A stretch of DNA of 64,000 nucleotides from Gordius albopunctatus. Its lineage: Eukaryota. The notes under the pieces are model-generated. The model saw nothing but the letters and a program-made list of their open reading frames with translations. It had not been told where the DNA came from and made no database searches. Position 1 is the first letter of the stretch. Every line of letters starts with the position of its first letter. The stretch covers positions 13,702,001 to 13,766,000 of the forward strand of contig OZ193909.1 of assembly GCA_964276515.1 (NCBI GenBank). The letters run 5' to 3'. Positions 23,701 through 35,700 of the stretch are shown in pieces. The position numbers and the translations under genes are program-made.

Positions 23701-26700
23701 AAAAGTTTCTAAATAGTTTACCAACCCAAGGAAAGAACGAAGTTCCTTTTTGTTTTCGGGTGTTTTAAAACTTTTAATCTTTAGAATCTTATCCTCACTC
23801 GCTGTTATGCCTTCACTATTAATTATATGTCCTAAGTATTTGACAGACTTTTGAAATAGTTGCATTTTTGTTTGTGATGTTGTTAACCCAACCGTTTTAA
23901 ATAGATTCAAAACGGTTATTAATTTGTTTAAGTGATCCTTTTCGTTTTTACCGCTAATTATAACATCGTCCATAAAGACGCTCACCCCGGGTATGTTATT
24001 AACCAATTGTCTCATAAACCTATGAAAGATAATCGGCGCTGTTGTAAGCCCAAACGGTAATCTCTTAAAACGAAAATATCCTATATGCGTTGATATGTTT
24101 AAATATTTCCTTGATTTCTCATCAAGTTCAAGTTGTAAAAAGGCATCTTTGAGGTCAATGATAGAAAAAATTTTACCTCCGGCTATTCTTTCAGCCACGT
24201 CGCTGAAAGTTGGTAAAATATCCTGATCTTTAGCCAAGTGTTGATTTATGGTTAAACGAAAATCACCACATATACGCACCTGCCCGGTTTTCTTCTTAAC
24301 ATTTACAGTTGGCGTAGCCCATTTAATTGGCGTTAAAGTAGGATTAATTTTTTCAATGATGTCTTCGTTAAGTAGCCGTTGGAGTTCATCTTCTACAGCT
24401 TGTCGTAGTGGAAACGGTACTCTTCTCGCTGCAAACATTTTTGGCATCGCGTTATCATTGATCTCGAGTGTCACTTTGAAATCTTTTACTTTTCCTAATT
24501 TTTCGGAAAATACGTGGGGAAACTGTTTAATAATCGCATGTACATTTGAAGGTATTTCAATGATAGAGTTTAGGCAAACCGACTTTGGTAGAGTTAAGTT
24601 AAATTTTGAGATAAATGGCATACCAAATATTGCTGAACCTTTACCTTTGATGACATAAATATCTAAGTACTTTGTCACACCACCAACGTCCACCTTCACT
24701 TTGGTTTTACCAAGTGTTGCAATAGCCGTTCTACCATAGCCGTATATCTTCGGAGCTTGGTAAAGTTTAGGCTTCCCGATTCGAGACCACGTTATTTCAT
24801 CAATTACGCTACATGCCGCACCCGTGTCGAAGATCATTTCATAGGGCACATCGTTAATGCGTACGTTGATGTGGGCTTTGGTGTGATGATCGGAGTCGTG
24901 GTTGATGGCTGATAACGTATTCGTCGTCACCGTTCTACAATTTTTTGCTATATGGTTTGGTTTCCCACACCGATAACATTTAAGGGGTGGCTTTTTCCTA
25001 AATGTGCTGAATTTAGGAAAATGTACATCTTTATTGTTGAAGTTATTAAACGACTGCTTAACCTTGTTTACTTCAACAGCCCCCGATGTTTCGTGTTCTA
25101 CCGAATCTAACGCCAATGCTAGATTAACTGTTTCTTCGAAACTTATGTTACCTCTCGGATACTTAGCTCTTAACTCAATGTTAAGCCTTGGTAAGTTACA
25201 TCCTAGGACAAATATGTCCTTTAATACCTCGTCTAGATTATTTCCAAATTTACAGTTTTTCCAAAGAAATTTCAACCGAATACTAAATTCAATAATAGTT
25301 TCGTTATTTCTACTAGCCTTATAAAATTGTTCTCTATGGTGGTAAATAGAAAACTTATTGGCGAATATACTCCTAAGGGCTTTAATTATCTCATCGTAAT
25401 TAGTTTCGTCTACTAATTTTGGATATAAAAGGTCTCTTATTTTTGTTAGATTGTTAAAACCTACGTAAGTGAGTAACAAAGTTTTTCGCCTTTCTCCCGT
25501 GATATCTCTCAACTTGAATAAGAGCTCAATATTAAATAAATAGTCATCAATCGAATTACTTGGATTATACAGAATTGAATCCTTTAATTCTTTTGAGTAA
25601 TCGCAAGAAAAATTCGTCTCCGGTTTGATGTCCATCTGAAAATAATATGGATAATAAATTATTTAAGTTGAACGGGGTAGGGAGCGTCTTCTACACGAGG
25701 TTGAGTTTAAGGTCCAAGGGTTTATAAATCCTCGTCGCCATTATAGCGTATCTCGTTTATTAAGGAACATAAAAGAAACAAGTGACGATTGTAATCATAA
25801 TAACACGTTTAAATAGTCATTCGATTTACAACCAATTAACAATCAATTAACATTGCGTTTCAATTCGAACGCTCGAGGTCATGCCAATTAGGTAGATAGT
25901 ATTTGCATACATTACAATTCTTTCGCTAGGGACTGATGTAGGCGCTTGTCCCGAATAATCCTGTGCCATTTTTGAAAGTGTTGGACATATTGTGGAATGG
26001 GCTTTCCACCAATCAAATATATCCATATTAGAGCTTGCCAACTCTTCGCGAAAATAATCTATTAATTCCCCTCCTTCATTTGACCTTAATTTAGTCACCC
26101 TATTTAAATTATATAAGCATGCAATATTGAATTTTACTTTTTTACATTATCCAATATGGATACCGACGTCAACGGCTTCAGAGAAACGCTTTCATGCTCT
26201 TGATCGTGGGTTATGCCAGAGTTATATGAAATATCTCTTCAAATTGTTCCTTGAACCCTAAATACATATAAATAAAGAAACTTAAAATGATTACCATTTG
26301 AGTCCATGAAATTTGGTATTAAAGCCTTCTTAATTCTGGGATCCAGCATAATAGAGATGTAATTTTCAAGTGTGATATACTTAGCCCTATAAATGGCACC
26401 CTTTTCCAACATTTTCGTTGATGCTTCTTTCAGCATGGTTCCTTCTCCAGAAAATTTAATTACGATTTTTTCAATCTCGTGAAAAAACACAATTACAATC
26501 CCGATGGGACTTCTGTGGGATGAAAGCTCGTTTGTCATTTCATAAAATGGCTCAAGAAAGAGTTCAATTTCCTTTAATGTATTAATTTCATAATTGGTTA
26601 GACGACAGGGATCGTTATGGGTATTTAAAAGTTGATTTATAGCCCGTGTTTTCTAAAAAAACAAATTATAATTTTACCTTGTTGACAGTTTTAAGCATTA

Positions 26701-29700
26701 CAAATTTGTTATTCCATCTTGTGCTGACATCAAGTGGAATCTTATTCCCGTTCATCTCTACATATTCCTGCATGTATTTGGGCAATCTGTGAAGTTTGGC
26801 TACAAAATTTTCGATTTTGGTTGGGGGTGCTAAGTATTTTAAACCCTCCTTCGCAATTAAATTTAGAACGTGCGCTATACATCGCACACTATTTGACCTC
26901 TTGAAATGCTTGTTAAATAATTTATTTTCCATTAACTTGGCCGCCAAAACTATGTTGGACCCATTGTCATGTGTTATAGTTGTTATTCTCTCTTGCGTAC
27001 TTTACGTTACTCTTCTTTCTTAGATTTCCTTTGTCTATCGCTTACTATCGTCCAGCACCTGGTAATTACCCCGCGCCCCTGGGGGATAGTCTTCAAAGAC
27101 TCCATATATGTCGCGCCTCTGGTTGCTAGTCTTAAAAGAATCCATATATGACAACCTGGACTAAAAATATTATTAAATATAAATTTCGAAACATTAAGTC
27201 ATTAAGAACGTCATAAAAAAATTTTATACAATGAAATATAATTTCACCATTTATAAAAAATAAATTTTAAAAATCATTTTAGATGTATATAATGAAAATC
27301 TAAAAAAAATTAGTTCGCACGTTTAATAAAATTGTAACATCGACATCTGTGGTGTAGCGGCATTCAAGGTTGCGATTTGAATACTCGCGTTTTTCCTATA
27401 CTTGAGCGCGGTCACAGATAATTGAATATACCTTAGTTTACACCGTACTTTATCTCTTAATTGATTACTACTTTTATATATGCCTTTCGCTATGTGTATA
27501 TAAAGCCTTATACACCTAATTAAACACTCTGTCTTTTGATTTAGTCTATGTTTCTTGATTTAGCGTTATCCCTCCCCGGCCACTTCGTTACAACATCTGT
27601 TGTTAAAAACGATAAAATATAAAGTTAAACTATATTAAAATGGTCAAAAAAAATATTAACACCTGGGTGAGACAGGAAATTTATAATTAAATAAATTTTT
27701 ATAAAATTTTTGGCATGTATAAAAAATAAATTTTAATATAATTAAGCATATTTTAGCCATATATAAAAAAATTGCAAAAAAAATTCGCCTGGAAAAATAT
27801 AAATTAATAACAAATAGCCATTGGCTTAGGGAGGGGGTAGTTTTCCGGTTAGAACCCCTCCCACGATGTTCAATTTATATAATTTTTACATGTTATATTT
27901 ATAAATAAATATTTGTTGGGATTTTACTTTTAGTATTTTATTATTTTTACGCGATTGTCATTTTAAACTTTAATAGATGAGATGCTCTGGGAGCATTTTT
28001 TTACTGCTGCTCAGGCACACAGCTCTATACATGAGTTACTTTTTGCTACTACCCCTTCGCCTCTCGAGCATTTCCATCTGATACTGTATCCTACTCGTGA
28101 GTAGAGTAGGATACACAGTGCTTGTGAGGGGGCAGAGCATCAACATCACCACGTGTTTGTTATTTCTTTCCTTCATATATTATTATAGATCAACACGCAT
28201 CATTGAATTTTGTATCTGTATCGATAACTTTTTATATATACATTCATTTTTATTTTTATTGTCTGAAAATAAATAGATAAAGTAAAATAAGTCTTGCTTG
28301 AATGGAAAAGGTTTCCCCTGACCTGCTGCTGGCCCAATATATCCCCCTATCATCCCTAGATTCTTCCAATAAATCCGGATTCCTCTTCAAATCTTAAATC
28401 TTGTTCCCTTGGACCTTTATTTTATTGCGCGCGGAATCATGTACCAGCGGCGTAATAAAGAATATGTGATATATTGGGAGAATTATGGAGGATAGGGGGA
28501 TATATTGGAATTTTTTCAAATGAGACATGAAAATAACAATTAAATATATGTCGTTTTGTCGTATAATTCTAAAATGTCTACGCGCTTCGAATTTTCCCTC
28601 CCCCCGACTTTTTCTGCTACTTTTTCATCATTCTGCTACTTTGACCCCTATTCAAAAATTAACACACTAGTCCTCGGTTTGCTACACACCCACATTTAAT
28701 GTTTTCACAAGAAAAGGAGATTAAGAAGGCGTGGCTTTTTTGTCAACACCATAAGATCACTGTAGAATACCGTCGTGCGCGCCCATCACAACACTAAATG
28801 GTACTAAGTCTCTTTGCTCCTTTTAAAGCTCTGGGCTAAAATGACGGGCTCCAACACAACACTACATAAAGATCATATTATTTTTAGACGTATTTGTTAT
28901 AATTCCACTTTTTGATCATAATAATATTTGACGCAATATTTACCTTGCTATCATTAATGTAACTTCATAATTATATGCTATTAAAAAATTATATTTTTAA
29001 TGTTTGAACAAACTGCTGAAAGATGTGCTGTTGCCAACCTTTAATATATAAATTTAGACCTAAAATTTGTATCTCAGTAGGGCTTGCAATCGACTTAGAT
29101 TTAATAGCTACTATTATAATAAACAAACAAGAACCATCAGGCCATATAAGAATTCATTCATGGGCTTAGCCAGGATTGGAATTAGAGGGGGCAATAATGA
29201 TTTAGGGAGGGACAAAAGTTTTTTTTACAATTTTAGACATAATTTAATAATATTTCTAAGATTTTTAGGATTTGGGGGGGCCACCCCCTCGCTACGCCCA
29301 TGAATTCATTAGTTATCATAAAAAACGCTAATTACTATCTTTTCCTCACCTCGGAAATACATAAATTCCCTGTTTGCAACAATTACACTTCTTAGGTATC
29401 ATGATAAACTGTCGCGCATAAAAATATTTATTACTTTGCTACAGCTCCACGTCAGGTACGATACTACAAGATCAAATAAAGCCAAAGTAGGTGGCTGGAC
29501 AGTGCCCCTGATAAAGTCATCGCAACCCAAGATATTGAGTTTGTGGTGTTTTAGCCCCAGTCATACGATTCAAGTAAGTCCATTCTCGCATGGGCGTGAC
29601 CAAGTTTTTAAATTATTCGTAATAATGAGAATATTGAAAATATTTAAGAACTTTTATCGAAGTTGTGATTAATCTAAGGCCAAAATGGGCATAAATATGC

Positions 29701-32700
29701 GCTTTCAAATGGGTTTAAACTTTGGGAGATGTATTTTATTAATAATGTCTAAATTTCCCATTTTATCGCGGTAAATTATATTGTTAATTTAAATTATTTG
29801 AATATACAAGGAACTATTTAAAGCCCAAATTCGTTGCTTGATTTTGACGAGTGGAACCCTATCGCCAATAAATAGTTTTGGGCAAGCGATGAACGTCGAT
29901 TTTGCTGTACAACTCGAGAATGAGCATATCATCGATTCGGATCAACTTTTAGTAGCTACTTTACCTAAAGGCCCCGACGGGACAATCCTTAATTCCTCTT
30001 TCAAAAATAGGTTAAATATTTTTATTTTAAATTTGAAACCAAAAGCTAAAGAAGGCTTGGCATTTAATACTTGAGTAAATAGAGATTCCGGGGGGGGGGG
30101 GGCGACTGGCCTTCCCTAAATCCACAAATTTTTAGAAATTTAATGTAATTAAGGCTTAAATTTAAAAAAAAATATTTTCCTCATCCCTATATAGTATTAT
30201 TATCCCCTCTAGTTTTAATCCTTGCTACGGCCATGAATGTATTCATATAAACTGGTATGTTATACTAATTCGTGAAAATTTTGATATTGTGCGAAAGTAT
30301 CGCTCTCGCATCATTTTTAATAGTGTATAGGAGATTTTGGTTGTTGCGATTACAGTTGTCCTACCCCCAATAAATTTTTTACAGTATTTTTTATGCGACA
30401 ATGGCCGGTTATTAATGTAAGCACCGAGGTCAATGCAAAACTACAATATTTACTTAAAATATATAGGTATAAGAAACATAATAAACCATGTTCTTGCAAT
30501 TTTTAGCAATCGTTTTACCAAATATATAAAATCACTTTTAATTAGAGTTTTGTATAAAATAATTGGGAGATTTAATTTAAAAAAAAACACAGCCAATACT
30601 TGGTAGCATAGGGACTGTAATAATTTGTTAGACATGTCTAATAAATATAGAAATTCGGAGAAGTATATGAATTCCTTGGGTATGTGCCTATTAAACTTTG
30701 CCCGCATGATTCCTAGCGGTGTTCTCCTATTCTTCCCCTCTTACAGCCAAATGGCCACTGTCATCGAATTTTGGAAAGGCTCCAGCCTGTGGACATCTAT
30801 CGAAAAATACAAACCCGTCTTCATGGAACCTAAAAGTAATAATTCCAATGGTGAAAGATGTATAAAACTTCAATTAATATATGTATTTGTCTTAAGCAAC
30901 TAGTTAATCGAATTATATGTTTTAATACGTTTATTTAATTAAAGTACTGTTTACAACACTCACCAAAACGATGCATGAATCGTCAAGTTTGTCAGATCTA
31001 ATAAACAATGAATGAAAAATAAATCTAATTCACGCCAAAGTTTGTTTTGGAGGTTTATCTATAATCTGTGCTATAACCCGCAAAGAGTCTTTCTTTTAAA
31101 GCTATAACGCCCAATTTATTTTGCAATCGTGGCCTAATGATCGGAAATTTGTAATGACTTTCAAATAGTATTTGTAAAATCTCATCTTTTTTTTGAAATT
31201 AAATTTATAAATCAAATTGTCTACCTCATTACATGACTATATATAGAACCACAAGCATTTGTGTGAGGCCTGGTTTTTAAAACCTTCGAATACAATTATT
31301 ATATTTAGCGAAGGATAAGTTGTCGCAAGAGATAAAGGGCTATTACGAGTCGATAGATGGCTCCTCGGGACCTGGAAAACCGGAAGAATTAGCTCAGGGA
31401 GCAGCTATATTGATCGGGGTTTGCAGGGGTAAAATTAGTGAAGGCTACGATTTTTCCGATCATTACGGACGCGCAGTTATCATAGCAGGAATTCCTTACC
31501 CATCTAGGCACGAACCCAGAATTGCTCTCAAGATTCAATTCATGAACGAACGGGCCAGAGCATCTAACGGTGCCAAAAGTAATCCCCGAATCCTCTTATA
31601 AATGCCATTTTTATTTTTTTTAATTTAATAAAGTTATATATGATTGTGGATATGGAAGATGTCACGCTATTGCTAACCAAAAAATGTTTTTTGTGATGGT
31701 TCCAGCTGTAAAGTCGAATTTTGAGATAGACCGTTATAAATGGTTAAAAAATGGAAATTGGATTTAAGAGCTTGTATAAATGTGGGCGACACATTTTCCC
31801 CCTTTTGTAATGTTGGGTATTTTTATAGTACTGTTGTTAATAATAACAGGAAATAGTTAATTTAGCACTACAAAGGAAAATATTGACCCAAAAATGCGAC
31901 GATAGCCAGGAATATTTTAAAGGGCTTATGTTTGATTAGTTCGCTTTAATCGTAAAATTTAGTATCAATTTTGGCCCCATTTCATGGGCGTAGCCAACAT
32001 TATAATGGGGTAATAATGATTTAGGGTGGGGCAAAATGAATATTTATTAAAATTTCAGCCATAAATTTGATCAAATTTTTGGATTTAGAGGGAGGCAGCC
32101 GCCCCCCCTGACCCCCCCCCCCCCTTCCCCTTGGCTTAAACCATGTCCTCTCTACTTGTCAACTCATGTAGTTGTCAGCACAGATAACGCGACTCTATTT
32201 TTGATATTTGGCAAAATAAGCTATGATACTTGTAAAATTCTAATCAAGTGATACTCCCTTTATACTTTTTTTGGCACTTGTAGACCAACATCATATCAAA
32301 AAGAGGATAAATTAAACTACCTAATAATGATGTAAAAAATATATGATTAAAACTTTGTATAATGTATATTATTGGCATCATCACCACATCTATACAAATA
32401 ATGCTTATAGTTGCTTTAGTGATTGTGAGAGATGTAGTTAAGTCTAGCAGAATATTTCTATAATGTTTTCTGTAATATTATCTCGCTACAATGGTGAAGC
32501 TCAGGTATCTTCTTCCAAATAGTAAGAATAACAATCTTACAACACTCCCTATATGCAATTAGGTTTGTAAATTTGGATCGTTTTTGTTCTTTGATAGGCT
32601 ACGCGCAATTTACAAAACTTTTTTCGTCTTATTTAGTTCCCAAATGCGTTCGTTTAAACATGTTTTTGCCCTAAGCTGTATCACTTTACTACTAACTGAT

Positions 32701-35700
32701 CTGCGATAAAGTTATCATTATTGAGGCTAATACACATGGGTGTAGTCAGGGGAGGGGGGCAGGGAGGGGCGACTGACCCCCTCTAAATCCAAAAATTTGT
32801 TGAAATTTATTAAAATTATGGCTAAAATTTCAAAAATTGATTATTTTGCCCCTCCCTAAATCATTATTGCCCCCCCCTCCAATCCCAATGCTAGCTACGC
32901 CCACGCCTATACATCAATCCTGAATATATTTTGTTTCATAATGCTGAATTTTGAATGACTTGCCCTAGATGCATCTACTATGGTTGACGGAAATACGTGG
33001 TATCAATTGGAAGCTAGTCGAGCCGTTAATCAAGCTATAGGTCGAGTTATTCGGCATAAACGCGATTATGGTGCTATATTGCTTTGCGACGAGCGCTTTT
33101 CCCACGCTTCCAGGCGTGCCGACCTTTCAAAATGGATTCAACCATTCGTCCAAAATTATGACACATCCAAGGTATATTCACCGGGACCTCATTTCTTTTA
33201 AACAATTTTTGGTAATATTATCAAAAGAATTTTATCTAATTTTAGAAGTAAGATGTTTTGATTAATTTCCATGAGTTTGTTTACATAAATTTGCCGATGT
33301 AAAGTTCTTGTTTTTTATATATCTTGTTCGAAATAAGGCCCTTGTCTCACACCCTACTCCATAGGAGTGTAAAATAGGTTCATTTTACATTTTGTATACA
33401 AATTTACATTTTAGCGCAGTTGTAATATTTTAAATAACATGGCACTTCTTTGGAGTAGACTTCGATGGTTCTTACATTTTAGGTTTCACGATTGCCTGAA
33501 TTAACCAAAATTTGGAGCTAAAATTAGGATCAAATATGATAAGCAACACCCCATATCTTAAGTCCAACGGTTTCATGAATTTACATATAAATAATAAAAG
33601 TGAATTTAGAGTAAAACTGCTCATTAGATATTAGCCGTGTCATTATTGTTTATTAACACAATTTTAAGGCTTCCCAAACCGTACCAGGCAACAGTGGTTT
33701 TGGTGGATTGTTAAGCAGGTTAAAGACTTTCTTTGGTGCCGCCCTTTTCAAATATCCCCTGGACAGATTATTGCCTCTAAGCGAGGAGAGCCATGATGGA
33801 GAGAAGAAAGAAGATTCTGGAAGGAGGAAAAAGAGGCGAAACGCGATGCAATTAGGGTCCGGGACCTTTTTGAATGAGGATTGGCTTTCACAGTGTAAGA
33901 CCATGTCTTTTAATTCGTACTGACATAATGCCTTAAATTTTATATTAAAAAAATACTCAATTTGTCTTTTAGTGTTTTGACTGTTAAATTATTAGGTTAT
34001 GATGTCAAGTTTTAATTATTGGACGCATGGGCGTCTCCAGGATTGCAACAAGAGGGGGGGCAATTAAGATTTAATGAGCGTCAAAATGACAATTTTTTTA
34101 ATTTTAGCCATAATTAGATAAAATTTTAAAGAATTTCTCGATTTTCAGATTCACGAAAGAGTTTTTTTAAACTTTCTACCAGATTAATCAAAATTGATAT
34201 TTGATATTGAGTCTTAAATTTGAACACAAAAGGGATCGGGCAAAATTTGATTTGAACCCGATTCCAAAATATATTTAGCTTGAAAATAGAATCACTAGCT
34301 GGGCTATCATATATTGTTGTAGTTACAATAAAGAACTCCTTTGCAACGACTTTATTTACTATTGCAGCGTGTGACTTGACATTAACGACGGTTTCATATA
34401 GATATTTAACTATACTTACCCCTATTTAAGTTATGCCTTGGCTTGATGATGTCCAACCATACTTTGCTTAATATTAAAAAATTTAACATTTTGATAGACA
34501 TAAAGAGACTTCCAGATGGTCCTGTATATTGAATTTGCCCCGACCTGGCCTTCTCTCAAAATGAATAAATGGATTAAATAGTGATCGATCGATATATTTT
34601 CTATATTTTTCGCTTTAATCTTAATATGTTCTGGTAAATAATTTAACTATAAGGTCGTATTCACGCTTAACAAAACAAGTAATCGCGTTTATTTACGCCT
34701 TTAGATAGGAAAAACAAAGTCAGCCCTCCCATAAGCCTGGTTCCCGAGACACAAGATCACAAAGTACAAGACAGTGGAGGGCTTACCGAAGAAGATACGA
34801 CAACATCTTTGTTTACCCAAATGCGTCAACTATATAATATACCAGAACCTTCTGCTAGCACGACTCGGGAAATTAATAAAGCAGATACTGCTTTGAATGA
34901 ACCAATAATTGAAAAGCTTGTTTCAGTATCACCCGTCTCTTCTAAATATCATTCCTTGTCCCCAAAATCACCGATAATTGAATTACGTCCCTCGCAAAAT
35001 GATAATGCATCGAACGGACCTCCGTTATTTTTTTCACTGCTAGACGCCTCTCAAAACATGGAAGCGCTACCCGAGAAGAAAAATGATGTTAGCGGGGGTA
35101 GGTGTTGTCCCAAATTGTACAGTTGTAGTATTGGTAAAATTCCTATTGAAGATGACGTCCAAATTTTGCAGGAATTTACCGATTCTATTGAGATGGGAAA
35201 ATGTAGGAGTTACGACATAGCCTTAGCTAAACTACTCGGTCACCACGATGACAAATGGTTCGAGGTTATTTTTTATTATTAAAAAAATAATCTTTTTAAA
35301 ATTAGTGTCCGCGTTTATGGTGTAAGTATGATTTTAATATTTTTAACGTCTTTTCGTAAAATTGCGTGTCCAAATTTATGTATTTAATATTATCTCAAAC
35401 TTCGATATTAAGTTTTTTAATGGCGATCGTACTCAAAATAGTCAGTATCTATTATTTTATTTCTAAGTTGACCATAGACTGGATATTATAAAATACATTC
35501 AAGCAGTCTTATTACGCTAAAATATTAAGATAAATAAATAAACAAGCGCCTGAGATTCTGCGAAATGACATCAAATTTTGTTTAGGTATGCACGGCTTGT
35601 CGTCATTTCGAAAGGGTTGCCCATCACGGTAGCCATGCTACATCAAACCGCAATAAATTTCGCATAGATCAAGCTTTATCGGAGTCAATTGAAAGAGAAT

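Larger units (their letters stand above)
21620..27160 (-). pseudogene. Decayed hAT transposase, split by Gypsy element 2; termini not identified
   Basis: [32 protein letters not shown]...PTLSKMA and PTSVPSERI (25917 upward) continue across the LTR element as [15 protein letters not shown] (below 21712). Confidence 0.88.

Noticed and set aside
25847..26098. 83-aa ORF as an independent gene
   Set aside because: It is a chimera of the hAT dimerisation domain reading into the Gypsy LTR.
18996..28669. TAGTGTGTTA...TAACACACTA as TIRs of the decayed hAT
   Set aside because: Only a 10-bp match with no TSD, and it would enclose RTEL1 exon 6.
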